From contig CALKEP010000008.1 in NCBI GenBank assembly GCA_938084645.1, positions 1 through 64,000 on the forward strand: a DNA stretch of 64,000 nucleotides, read 5' to 3'. The DNA comes from an uncultured Phycisphaerales bacterium. GTDB lineage: Bacteria > Planctomycetota > Phycisphaerae > Phycisphaerales > SM1A02. The position numbers and the translations under genes were made by a program. The notes under the pieces were generated by a model. That model had not been told where the DNA came from, made no database searches, and saw only the letters and a program-made list of their open reading frames with translations. This document shows, piece after piece, positions 1 to 10,704 of this stretch. Positions within the stretch are counted from its first letter, which is position 1. Every line of letters starts with the position of its first letter.

Positions 1-817
1 GCTCGCGGGAATCGTCCCCGTGGATCCGAGGGCGTCCCTTCGACGGCGGCTCGAACGCTTCGGCGGCGGCATCGTGCTCACGCTCTATTCCGCGGTGCCG
101 AAGGGATCCGGGCTCGGGACCTCGTCCATTCTCGGCGCGACGGTGCTCGCTTGTCTCCGGCGGCTCGTCGATCCGACCGATGATCCGGGGTGGATCGTCG
201 AACGGACGAGCCTGCTCGAGCAGATGATGACCACGCGCGGCGGTTGGCAGGATCAGGTCGGAGGCGTGTACGGCGGCGTCAAGATCGCCCGCACCTCGCC
301 CGGTCCGCTGCAACGACCGAAGGTCGAGCCGCTCGCGCCGCCGCCCGGATTCCTCGAAGCGATCGAATCACGATCGGTGCTCGTCTACTCCGGCGAGAAG
401 CGGCTTGCCCGTGACATTCTTGAGAAGGTCCTGGGCCGGTACCTCGCACGGGAACCGCGGTCGCTTCGGATCGTCGACGGACTCAAGCGGGGCGCGGACA
501 AGATGGCGGTGGCGATTCGGGACGGTGATGTGGATGGCTTCTGCGACGGGGTCGCCGACTACTGGTCGCTGAAGCGGGCGTTCGATCCGGCGGCGACCAA
601 TGAACGGATCGAGGCGATCGCCGCGGCCCACGCCGGGGATCTCGCGGCCTGGGAACTTCCGGGAGCGGGCGGGGGCGGCTTCGTGCTGATGCTCGCCCGG
701 GACGCCGCGGCGGCGAGGCGGATTCGGGACCGGGTCGACCGGCATCCCGCGAACGACCTCGTCCGGCGCTTCCCGCTCGAGATCGATCGGGAGGGCCTGC
801 GGGTCACGGTGCTCTGA
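1..817 (+). CDS. GHMP-family sugar kinase, L-fucokinase-like C-terminal part (5' partial)
   Basis: GHMP motif PKGSGLGTSS, fucokinase-type GGWQDQVGG and C-terminal GAGGGGF; the frame is open to the window edge. Confidence 0.8.
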   Translation, partial: LAGIVPVDPRASLRRRLERFGGGIVLTLYSAVPKGSGLGTSSILGATVLACLRRLVDPTDDPGWIVERTSLLEQMMTTRGGWQDQVGGVYGGVKIARTSPGPLQRPKVEPLAPPPGFLEAIESRSVLVYSGEKRLARDILEKVLGRYLAREPRSLRIVDGLKRGADKMAVAIRDGDVDGFCDGVADYWSLKRAFDPAATNERIEAIAAAHAGDLAAWELPGAGGGGFVLMLARDAAAARRIRDRVDRHPANDLVRRFPLEIDREGLRVTVL

Positions 818-826
818 TCGGGAAGA

Positions 827-2260
827 TCAGCTCCAGGCGATGAGCAGGATGCCGATGTCGGCGGAGTTGGTCGTGCCGTCGCCGTTCAGGTCCGCCTTGG
901 CCGTACCCCACGCGGCGATCATCAGGCCGAGGTCCGCGGCGTCCACGAGGCCGTCACCATTGAGGTCGGCGGGGTTCGGTGGATTCAGCGGCTCGCAATC
1001 GACTTCAAGGACCCCGTCTCCGACCGAACCGTCCGAGCTTCCGACTCGAACGAGGAGCACCTGTCCTTCGAGGGCGAGACTGGAAACGGACGCGTCGTCG
1101 CCGCACTCCTCGTCACCGCACGTGTAGGGCGGCGCACCCGGGGACGGGCATCCGCCGGTTCCATCAAAGACGTCGATTCGGCTGTCGAAGCCGGCATCGC
1201 AGGTGGAGATCGTGAAGGTGCCGGTGCACGGGGCGATGAAGCGGAACCACACGTCGGCCCCGACCGCAGGGCCGTTTCCACTACTGCAGTTGAGGGCGCT
1301 CGGGATCCCACTGTCGGACGAACCGACGGTCGAGAAGGGCGTCTGGCCTGTGAAGATCTCCGTCGCGGCACCGCAGTCGTCGTTGACGGGAGGTTCGACG
1401 GGATCGCAGGCGACCAGGCCGTCGATGTCGTACCCGGACACGAATTCCCAGATCGCGGTCGTCGCGAAGTACGGAACGTCGTGCCCGCCCCCCTGGCGAC
1501 GAAAGTGCTGGAATCCGTGGCAGCCCTCTCCGGGAGCCCACGTGTATCGGGTGACGCCGCCACCGAGGGAGACGACTTCGGGATCGGGTTCCGACTGGTT
1601 CTTCGCGACCCAGAAGGCGTTCTGATCGGCGACGGAAGGGACCCAACTGGCCCCGTTGTAGGGCGCGTAGAAGTCCTGGGTTCCCAGGATGTGACAGACG
1701 GCGGTCGGCAGGCCCTCGGCGCAGTCGTCGTAGGTCGACCGATACATGCTCGCGGCGACCGGAGCGATGGCGGCGAATTCATCACTCTTGACGCAGGCGA
1801 GATCCCAGACGAAGCTTCCGCCCATCGAGTATCCGCCGGCGTAGATTCGTCTTCGATCCGCGTTGTAGCGTTCGACCAGATCGTCGATCATCGCGCTGGC
1901 GTAGGCCATGTCGATCTCGTAGTTGCCGTTGGTCTCGCCCTGACCGAGGTCGTATCCCCAGCAGCGGCATGATTCGATCACGTCGGGCCAGGCCTCGGGG
2001 TAGACGAGAATGAATCGCTGCGTGTTCGCGAGCGGGCGGAAGTCGGCCTCGAAGACGCCGCCATCGGCGTCGCCGCCACCGCCATGGAACCACATCATGA
2101 CCGCGAGGTTCTCCGACGGATCGAAGCCCGGCGGAAGATGCACCAGGTAGCGGCGATTCAGGCCATCGACGTTCAGGGCGATCGAGGTCTGTCCGAACGC
2201 GGCGCTCGCTGGCAGCAGCACGGAGAGCAATGCGGCAAGGGCGATGAGGTGGCGGTACAT
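827..2260 (-). CDS. Secreted alpha/beta-hydrolase (LpqC/PHB-depolymerase-type esterase) with Cys-rich domain and C-terminal dockerin-like domain
   Basis: Signal peptide MYRHLIALAALL..AAFG, HGGGG oxyanion motif, GYSMGG nucleophile elbow, GGGH catalytic His; C-terminal ADLNGDG repeats. Start chosen at ATG 2260. Confidence 0.8.
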   Translation of the reverse strand: MYRHLIALAALLSVLLPASAAFGQTSIALNVDGLNRRYLVHLPPGFDPSENLAVMMWFHGGGGDADGGVFEADFRPLANTQRFILVYPEAWPDVIESCRCWGYDLGQGETNGNYEIDMAYASAMIDDLVERYNADRRRIYAGGYSMGGSFVWDLACVKSDEFAAIAPVAASMYRSTYDDCAEGLPTAVCHILGTQDFYAPYNGASWVPSVADQNAFWVAKNQSEPDPEVVSLGGGVTRYTWAPGEGCHGFQHFRRQGGGHDVPYFATTAIWEFVSGYDIDGLVACDPVEPPVNDDCGAATEIFTGQTPFSTVGSSDSGIPSALNCSSGNGPAVGADVWFRFIAPCTGTFTISTCDAGFDSRIDVFDGTGGCPSPGAPPYTCGDEECGDDASVSSLALEGQVLLVRVGSSDGSVGDGVLEVDCEPLNPPNPADLNGDGLVDAADLGLMIAAWGTAKADLNGDGTTNSADIGILLIAWS

Positions 2261-2383
2261 GCGGGGCGAGCTCCCGTGACGGCAGAATCCATCACAGTCC
2301 ACCCTACGACGCGTGCCCGACCGAAACCAACGTTTAACGAGAGAATTCGTGCGAGGGCACCAGGGATTGCTGCACCGACGTGT

Positions 2384-2893
2384 TCAAAACTCGATCCGCA
2401 AGGTGAGGAGGCCGGTGATCTGGTCGACCGGATCACCACGATCGGACCGCCAGGCGATGCCGGGCTGCAGCACCGCGTCCGGCGTGATTCGCCAACCATA
2501 GAACGCCGTGAGGGCGGTGCTCCGGAGATCGCCTTCGTCGAGAATCCGATTCACCGGATCGTCGATGGTGAGGCTCACCCCGAAGAGATCGGCGGGACGT
2601 CCCCACGGCGTCGCCGTCGTCGCCAGACCGACGGTCGTCCGCGGACGGCCCCGACGTCGATGGTCGGGCGATTCGAGATGGGAGCCGAACACACCGAGCC
2701 GCTTCGAATCACCATCGAGCATCCAGATCGGCGTCGCCGCCGAGAGTGGGATCACAGCGTGGTCGGGGAGGAGGGCCGGTCGCTCGAGCAGGCGGGCGAG
2801 TGCATCCTCCTCGGCGTCGATCGCGGCCTGGGCCGGGGCGACGAAGAGTCCGAGCAGAAGCATGCCGAGGGTGATGAATCGATCGGTTCGCAT
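2384..2893 (-). CDS. Small secreted protein resembling the C-terminal strands of a carbohydrate-selective porin (OprB-like)
   Basis: Signal peptide ending [18 protein letters not shown] and terminal LTLRIEF (C-terminal Phe, beta-signal-like). Confidence 0.45.
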   Translation of the reverse strand: MRTDRFITLGMLLLGLFVAPAQAAIDAEEDALARLLERPALLPDHAVIPLSAATPIWMLDGDSKRLGVFGSHLESPDHRRRGRPRTTVGLATTATPWGRPADLFGVSLTIDDPVNRILDEGDLRSTALTAFYGWRITPDAVLQPGIAWRSDRGDPVDQITGLLTLRIEF

Positions 2894-3057
2894 CTCCCTT
2901 CTACGACCTCCACGAGACGTTGGATCGTGGGTCTTCGCCCCCTTCGATCCGCCTTCGAGCGTTCAAGAGCCGCGATTCCTGCACATTGTGCCGAAGCGAT
3001 CCCTTCGGTACGGTGGCGGTCGTCGGCGTGTCGCCGATTCCATGGAGCACCCCAGAA

Positions 3058-4056
3058 ATGTCCCAACCCGCCGATCCTCGTCGTCGATCCTTCTTCGGAG
3101 GCCTCGCGGGCCTCGCAGGCCTCGGCGCCGCGACGAGTCTGTCGCGGGCGGCCCTCGCGATGCCCGACGCCGGAGAACCGACGATGCCTCCCAATCAGAT
3201 ATCGCTCGCCCAGTGGTCGCTTCATCGCGAGATCTACGGTGGCAAGCTCGATCCACTCCGATTCGCGGAAGTGACCATGACGCGATTCGGACTGGCGGGT
3301 TGCGAATACGTGAACAGCTTCTACAAGGACAAGATCGGTGTGCCGGGCTACCTCGCGAGCATGAAGAAGGTCGCCGGTGATCACGGGGTCACCTCGGTCC
3401 TGATCATGTGCGACGGCGAAGGCGCGCTCGGCGATCCCGACGAGAAGAAGCGTCGCCAGGCCGTCGACAACCACCAGCGATGGCTGGAGGCCGCGAAGTT
3501 CCTCGGCTGCCACTCGATCCGGGTGAACGCCCAGTCCTCGGGAACGTGGGACGAACAGATGGAACGGGCGGCCGACGGGCTTGCGATGCTCTCCGAAAAG
3601 GCGGCGCCCTTCGGTCTCGACGTGATCGTCGAGAACCACGGCGGGCTCTCCTCGAACGGTGAATGGCTGGCCGGCGTCATGACGCGGGTCGCGATGCCGA
3701 ACTGCGGGACCCTTCCGGACTTCGGAAACTTCAGCCTCGGCGGCGGCAAGTGGTACGACCGGTACAAGGGCGTCACCCAGCTGATGCCGTTCGCCAAGGC
3801 GGTCAGCGCGAAGAGTCGGAAGTTCGATGCAGACGGCCTCGAATCCGAGACCGATTTCGCCCGGATGATGGAGATCGTCCGGTATGCGAAGTATCGCGGC
3901 TGGGTGGGCATCGAGTGGGAAGGGGGCAGTCCCTCCGAGCACGAGGGAATCCTCCTCACCAAGAGACTCCTCGAGAAGACCGGCTGCGTCGCGGCCCGTA
4001 CCGGCGACGGCCCCTTCGACGTCGCGCCCGCGGGTGGAGCGACCGATGCAAGGTGA
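3058..4056 (+). CDS. Tat-exported sugar phosphate isomerase/epimerase (xylose isomerase-like TIM barrel)
   Basis: RRRSFF twin-arginine leader; ENHGG, LPDFGN and GIEWEG metal-binding motifs. Confidence 0.85.
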   Translation: MSQPADPRRRSFFGGLAGLAGLGAATSLSRAALAMPDAGEPTMPPNQISLAQWSLHREIYGGKLDPLRFAEVTMTRFGLAGCEYVNSFYKDKIGVPGYLASMKKVAGDHGVTSVLIMCDGEGALGDPDEKKRRQAVDNHQRWLEAAKFLGCHSIRVNAQSSGTWDEQMERAADGLAMLSEKAAPFGLDVIVENHGGLSSNGEWLAGVMTRVAMPNCGTLPDFGNFSLGGGKWYDRYKGVTQLMPFAKAVSAKSRKFDADGLESETDFARMMEIVRYAKYRGWVGIEWEGGSPSEHEGILLTKRLLEKTGCVAARTGDGPFDVAPAGGATDAR

Positions 4057-4327
4057 CGCCGGCACCGATCGCAGGCGAGCCTACTTCCAAGCCAACCTCC
4101 GGCTCATCGGCGGGCTGCTCGTGGTCTGGGCGGCGGTGTCGTTCGGTTGCGGGATCCTGCTCGCGCCGAGTCTGAACGCGTACCGGCTCCCCTTCACCGA
4201 GTATCCACTGGGTTTCTGGTTCGCCCAGCAGGGATCGATCTACGTCTTCGTGCTGTTGATCGTGGTCTACGTGATCGCGATGAACCGCCTCGATCGCCGT
4301 TTCGGGGTCGCCGAGAGGGAGGATTGA
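4046..4327 (+). CDS. DUF4212 small membrane subunit of solute:sodium symporter
   Basis: Two TM segments, [15 protein letters not shown] signature, directly upstream of the SSS gene. Confidence 0.9.
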   Translation: MQGDAGTDRRRAYFQANLRLIGGLLVVWAAVSFGCGILLAPSLNAYRLPFTEYPLGFWFAQQGSIYVFVLLIVVYVIAMNRLDRRFGVAERED

Positions 4328-6121
<1,794 letters not shown>

Positions 6122-6141
6122 GCGCCGCGGATGGGGAGCGT

Positions 6142-6573
6142 TCACGCGGGCAGAAGTTCGAAACCCCGGAATTCGAACGCCGGACAGACCGTGCAGCCGA
6201 CCAGCGTCCAGCGGCCGAGACACGTCGCGGACTGCCATTCACCGGGCTCGACGATCCCCTGCGGCGTCTCGCCCGCGAGCACGTCGGGACCGAGCCTGAT
6301 GGTCCGCGTGATCCCGGGAGCCGCGTCGGACAATCGAAGCTCGAGCGGATCGCCCGCATAGTGATGCCAGATCTCCGTCGCATCGACCCGATGCCACCGA
6401 TTGTCGACGCCGCCGGGAAGCAGGAACAGGATCGCCGTGCCGTGGCCTCGGCTGCCGTCGGAGGCGGTGTGCCGCCATGTCTCGCGGAAGAACCCGCCCT
6501 CGGGATGGGGTTCGAGTCCGAGGTGGTCGACGATCGCCTCGGCGGAGGGGGGGGTGTTCGATTCGGGGGTCAT
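6142..6573 (-). CDS. Cupin_5 (DUF985) family protein
   Basis: LEPHPEGGFFRET, WHRVDATEIWHHYAG and GCTVCPAFEF; start ATG 6573 is preceded by a -10-like TACGCT. Confidence 0.9.
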   Translation of the reverse strand: MTPESNTPPSAEAIVDHLGLEPHPEGGFFRETWRHTASDGSRGHGTAILFLLPGGVDNRWHRVDATEIWHHYAGDPLELRLSDAAPGITRTIRLGPDVLAGETPQGIVEPGEWQSATCLGRWTLVGCTVCPAFEFRGFELLPA

Positions 6574-6623
6574 GCGAGGAGCGTATGCGAACTCGACAGG
6601 GACGTCTCGGCTACATTCCGGCG

Positions 6624-7451
6624 ATGACGACCTCGAAACATCCGCCCGTCGCGGGCACGCCGACCGCCGAGGCGATTCCGATCCTCTTCGATCTTCATGC
6701 GTCGATGATTCGAGGACTCGCGTGGCGACTGAGCGGGAGCGAGGACGAGGCCGACGAGATTCTTCAGGAGACCTTTCTCGAAGCGCAGCGAAGCTGGAGT
6801 CGCTTCGAAGGTCGGTCGAAGGCGAGCACCTGGCTGGGCGGCATCGCGATCCGTCGCTGGAAGCGGCGACACCGTCGTCGCGTCGGGGAGCCGGCTCGGA
6901 TTCCATCGCTGGAGGAGCTTCTGCCCTTCGGGGAGACCACGAGCTCGGTGATTCCAGCGCCGGGTGGGACGCCGCTCGAGGAGGTCATCCGACGGGAGGC
7001 CGCCAGTGCGGTGCATCAGGCGATTCTCGAACTACCGGATGATTTTCGCGTTCCACTGGTCATGAAGGAGATGCTGGAGTTGCCGATCGCCAACGTCGCG
7101 GCGGCGCTCGACCTCAACGAGCAGACCGTCAAGTCGCGTCTCCACCGAGCTCGTCTGCGGATGCGTGAGGCGATGCGCTCCCGGCTTCCGCAATCGCCCG
7201 CCGTGGATCCGGCATACGACCGACAGACCTGCATCGACCTGCTCAACGCGAAACTCAATGCGCTCGATGCCGGTCGGGTCTTTCCGGTCGCCGATGAGGT
7301 CATCTGCGGTCGTTGCAGCGCGGTCTTCGCCGAACTCGACCTGGCCACCGATCTCTGCCGCGATTGCTCGGGGAGCGAGCCTTCCGACACGCTTCGTGCC
7401 CTCGTGTTGGGGACTGCAGCAGGCTCGAATCCGGGTCCTTCAGGGGATTGA
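6624..7451 (+). CDS. ECF RNA polymerase sigma factor with Cys-rich C-terminal extension
   Basis: Region 2 (ADEILQETFL, FEGRSKASTWL), region 4 (TVKSRLHRAR); tail with C..CGRC..CRDC. Confidence 0.9.
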   Translation: MTTSKHPPVAGTPTAEAIPILFDLHASMIRGLAWRLSGSEDEADEILQETFLEAQRSWSRFEGRSKASTWLGGIAIRRWKRRHRRRVGEPARIPSLEELLPFGETTSSVIPAPGGTPLEEVIRREAASAVHQAILELPDDFRVPLVMKEMLELPIANVAAALDLNEQTVKSRLHRARLRMREAMRSRLPQSPAVDPAYDRQTCIDLLNAKLNALDAGRVFPVADEVICGRCSAVFAELDLATDLCRDCSGSEPSDTLRALVLGTAAGSNPGPSGD

Positions 7452-7541
7452 GCGGCGATTCCTCGATTCTTCGGGAACCTGGCGGGCGATTCAGGCACTC
7501 AGGGATCGGAATCAACCATCGACCCTGCTTCGGAGCCCGTC

Positions 7542-8144
7542 ATGTCCACCAGCATCGAGGACGTCCTGCACCCCACGCCACCGTCGCACGACCATCCGGC
7601 ACCACCCGTCGCGATCGAATCGACGGAAGTCGACGTGATGCTCAAGGCGGACGCGATCCTGCTGGTCGACGTGCGGTCGTCCGATGAACATCGTCAAGAG
7701 CGGATTGCCGGGGCGGTGTGCATGCCGCTCGATTGGCTCGACCCGGACGCGATCGAGCGGATGGCTGCGGGCCGGACGGTCGTCTTCCACTGCCGGACGG
7801 GGCGTCGAAGCGACGAGGCGATCGGTCGAATGGGGGAGAGTCTCTCGGTGCCCGTGGCCGGCATGAAGGGCGGAATCACCGCGTGGAGGGCGGGGGGGTT
7901 CCCGGTCGAGCGTGACGCGGGTGGGGCGATTCCGATGATGCGACAGGTACAGATCGCGGCGGGAGCCATGATCGTCGCCTTCACGGCCCTCGCGGCGACG
8001 ATCAGTCCATGGTTCCTGCTTGGAACCGCCTTCGTGGGCGCGGGCCTGTGTTTCGCCGGATTGACGGGGACCTGTGGACTCGCCGTGGTGCTCGGACTGA
8101 TGCCCTGGAACCGCCGTTCGGTTCGTTCGATCGCGGTCGCCTGA
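7542..8144 (+). CDS. Rhodanese-domain membrane protein with DUF2892 (YgaP-like)
   Basis: LVDVRS, active-site FHCRTGRRS, GGITAW; C-terminal RQVQIAAG..GTCGL..MPWN. Confidence 0.9.
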   Translation: MSTSIEDVLHPTPPSHDHPAPPVAIESTEVDVMLKADAILLVDVRSSDEHRQERIAGAVCMPLDWLDPDAIERMAAGRTVVFHCRTGRRSDEAIGRMGESLSVPVAGMKGGITAWRAGGFPVERDAGGAIPMMRQVQIAAGAMIVAFTALAATISPWFLLGTAFVGAGLCFAGLTGTCGLAVVLGLMPWNRRSVRSIAVA

Positions 8145-8205
8145 CTCGGCTCGCCGCGCTCGAATCGGGATGAGCCGATCGGACCGTTCCCGCTAGAATC
8201 CGGAG

Positions 8206-9330
8206 ATGGACTTCCCGTTTTCCTCGAACACGCCGCGTCGCGCTCCCGACGCCACCGCCGCGGGTACGACGCTCCGCGGCGCTCGTCGCGATGCCGCGAT
8301 CCTCGTGACCGGTGCCGGTGGCGAGATGGGCCACGGGCTTCTCGAATCCTTCGCGAGCGAGCGTCGTGAACGGGCGGCTGCTGGCGAGACGTTCCCGGCG
8401 GTGATCGCGATCGATCTTCGGGAACTTCCGGAGTCGCATCGAAGCCTGTGCGACGAATCGTTCACCGGCGACGTCTGCGACGAGAAGATGCTGGAGCGAC
8501 TGCTCGCCTCCTACGAGATCGGTGCGATCTACCACCTCGCCGCCCTGCTCTCGACCCGAAGCGAGTTCGTGCCGGAGATCGCCCACGGGGTCAACGTCGG
8601 CGGCACGCTGAACCTGCTGCGGATCGCGGCGGAAGAGGCCGCGAACAACGGCCGGCCGGTCCAGTTCTTCTTTCCGAGTTCGATCGCGGCGTACGGACTG
8701 CCCGATCTCGAGACCAAGACCGCCGCGGGGCCGGTCGAAGAGGATCGATTCCTGCAGCCGCACACCATGTACGGCTGCAACAAGATCGCGGGCGAGAACC
8801 TCGGCAACTACTACGCCCATCACTACCGCAAACTCGCATCGGATCGAATGGAGTTCCCGGTGGACTTCCGGTCGATCCGCTTCCCGGGGATCATCTCGGC
8901 GGATACCGTGCCGAGCGGCGGCACCAGCGACTACGGCCCCGAGATGCTCCACGCCGCCGCCCGCGGCGAGTCCTACGCGTGTTTCGTCCGGCCCGACGCC
9001 CGCATCCCGTTCATGACGATGCCCGAGGCGGTCGCGGCGATCCGCGGATTGATGGAGGCTCCTCGATCCGAATTGTCACGCGTGGTCTACAACGTCCAGT
9101 CCTTCGCGCCGTCCGCCGAGGAGTTCCTCGAGGAGGTTCGAAGGCACTTTCCGGACGCGGAGACCGGATTCGAGCCGGATCTCGCCCGGCAGTCGATCAT
9201 CGACAGCTGGCCCGCCTCCTGCGACGACGCCACCGCCCGCGCGGACTGGGGCTGGTCGCCGACCTACGATCTCGCGTCCGCGTTCGACGACTATCTCGTT
9301 CCGCGGATCCGGGCCAGGTACGAATCCTGA
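8206..9330 (+). CDS. tdh: L-threonine 3-dehydrogenase (SDR/NAD-dependent epimerase type)
   Basis: LVTGAGGEMG, YGCNK catalytic motif, GGTSDY and IIDSWP; immediately upstream of kbl. Confidence 0.8.
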   Translation: MDFPFSSNTPRRAPDATAAGTTLRGARRDAAILVTGAGGEMGHGLLESFASERRERAAAGETFPAVIAIDLRELPESHRSLCDESFTGDVCDEKMLERLLASYEIGAIYHLAALLSTRSEFVPEIAHGVNVGGTLNLLRIAAEEAANNGRPVQFFFPSSIAAYGLPDLETKTAAGPVEEDRFLQPHTMYGCNKIAGENLGNYYAHHYRKLASDRMEFPVDFRSIRFPGIISADTVPSGGTSDYGPEMLHAAARGESYACFVRPDARIPFMTMPEAVAAIRGLMEAPRSELSRVVYNVQSFAPSAEEFLEEVRRHFPDAETGFEPDLARQSIIDSWPASCDDATARADWGWSPTYDLASAFDDYLVPRIRARYES

Positions 9331-9364
9331 CCCGCGTCCGAACCCTCAATCCCGGCCAGCATCC

Positions 9365-10588
9365 ATGAGCACCATCGACACCAACGACCTCTTCGCCGAT
9401 CGAACCCGATCGGTTCTCGCCGACCTGGAGAACAGCGGGCAGCTCAAGCGTCTTCAGACGATCGAAGGCCCCATGGACGCCACGGTCCGACTGCAGGGCC
9501 ACGGCGAGGTGGTCTGCCTCTGTTCGAACAACTACCTCGGTCTCGCCAACCATCCCGACGTGGTGGAAGCGGGCATCGACGGCCTGCGTCGGTACGGGGC
9601 GGGCACCGCGAGCGTCCGCTTCATCTGCGGCACGTTCGACTGTCACCACCGGCTCGAGGCGCGGATCGCCGACCTCCACGGGATGGAGGCGTCGTACACC
9701 TTCACCAGTTGCTGGAACGCGAACGAGGCGATCTTCGCGACGCTGTGCGAGCCCGGCGACCTGATCATCTCGGACGCGCTCAATCACGCCTCGATCATCG
9801 ACGGCGTGCGACTCGCGTCGGTGATCAAGAAGGGTGTCCACAAGACGGTCTACCGCCACAACGACTTCGATCACCTTCGCGAGCGACTGGAGGCCGCGAA
9901 GGCGAATCCCGAGGTGAACGGGCAGATCTGGCTGGTCACCGACGGGGTCTTCAGCATGGAAGGCGACATCGCCGATCTGCCGACGCTCCGGGCGATCTGC
10001 GACGAGTACGACGCGAAGTTGATCGTCGACGACAGCCACGGAACCGGTGTCATGGGCAAGACCGGTCGCGGAACCCATGAGCACTGGGGCATGCCCGGCG
10101 ACCGGATCGATCTGTTCACCAGCACCCTCGGAAAGGCCCTGGGCGGTGGTGCGGGCGGCTACATGGCCGGCTCCCGGGAGATGATCGACCTGATGATCCA
10201 GCGGGGCCGACCCACCCTGTTCTCGAACGCCCTCCCGGCGACCGTTGCCTGCAGCGCGGACAAGGCGATCGAGATTCTCATGAACGAACCCGGGCGGGTC
10301 GCGCGACTTCGTGACAACGTGGCATACGCCCGGGACGGGATCCGGCGGGTGGGATTCGACGTGCTCGAGAGTCCGACCGCGATCCTGCCGATCATCGTCC
10401 ACGACACCGCCAAGGCCATCGCGATGAGCAAGCGGCTCCTCGAACTCGGGGTCTTCGTGATCGGCTTCGGCTATCCCGTGGTGCCCGAGGGCGAGGCGAG
10501 ACTCCGCTGCCAGATCTCGGCGGCGCACGAGACGTCGCACCTCGACACCTTCATCGAGAAGCTCGAGGTCCTGAAGGCGGAGTTCTGA
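9365..10588 (+). CDS. kbl: Glycine C-acetyltransferase (2-amino-3-ketobutyrate CoA ligase)
   Basis: CSNNYLGLA, SVRFICGT, NHASIIDG, TLGKALGG (PLP Lys) and YPVVPEGEARLR. Confidence 0.9.
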   Translation: MSTIDTNDLFADRTRSVLADLENSGQLKRLQTIEGPMDATVRLQGHGEVVCLCSNNYLGLANHPDVVEAGIDGLRRYGAGTASVRFICGTFDCHHRLEARIADLHGMEASYTFTSCWNANEAIFATLCEPGDLIISDALNHASIIDGVRLASVIKKGVHKTVYRHNDFDHLRERLEAAKANPEVNGQIWLVTDGVFSMEGDIADLPTLRAICDEYDAKLIVDDSHGTGVMGKTGRGTHEHWGMPGDRIDLFTSTLGKALGGGAGGYMAGSREMIDLMIQRGRPTLFSNALPATVACSADKAIEILMNEPGRVARLRDNVAYARDGIRRVGFDVLESPTAILPIIVHDTAKAIAMSKRLLELGVFVIGFGYPVVPEGEARLRCQISAAHETSHLDTFIEKLEVLKAEF

Positions 10589-10635
10589 GCCCGGCCGGTC
10601 GCGACTGGTGGTGATGGCAGCGGCGTGCGAAACAT

Positions 10636-10672
10636 GAACGCGGGCCCGATCCGGTGGATCGGGCCCGCGTTC
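10636..10672. terminator. Perfect 17-bp hairpin between convergent genes
   Basis: gaacgcgggcccgatcc-ggt-ggatcgggcccgcgttc; no long U-tract. Confidence 0.65.
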
Positions 10673-10704
10673 CTCGTTCGGGCGCGCGTCGAGCGATCGG
10701 GGGG

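Noticed and set aside
6547..6554. G8 run as a phase-variation tract
   Set aside because: Short, in frame, encodes Thr-Pro-Pro; unremarkable at this GC content
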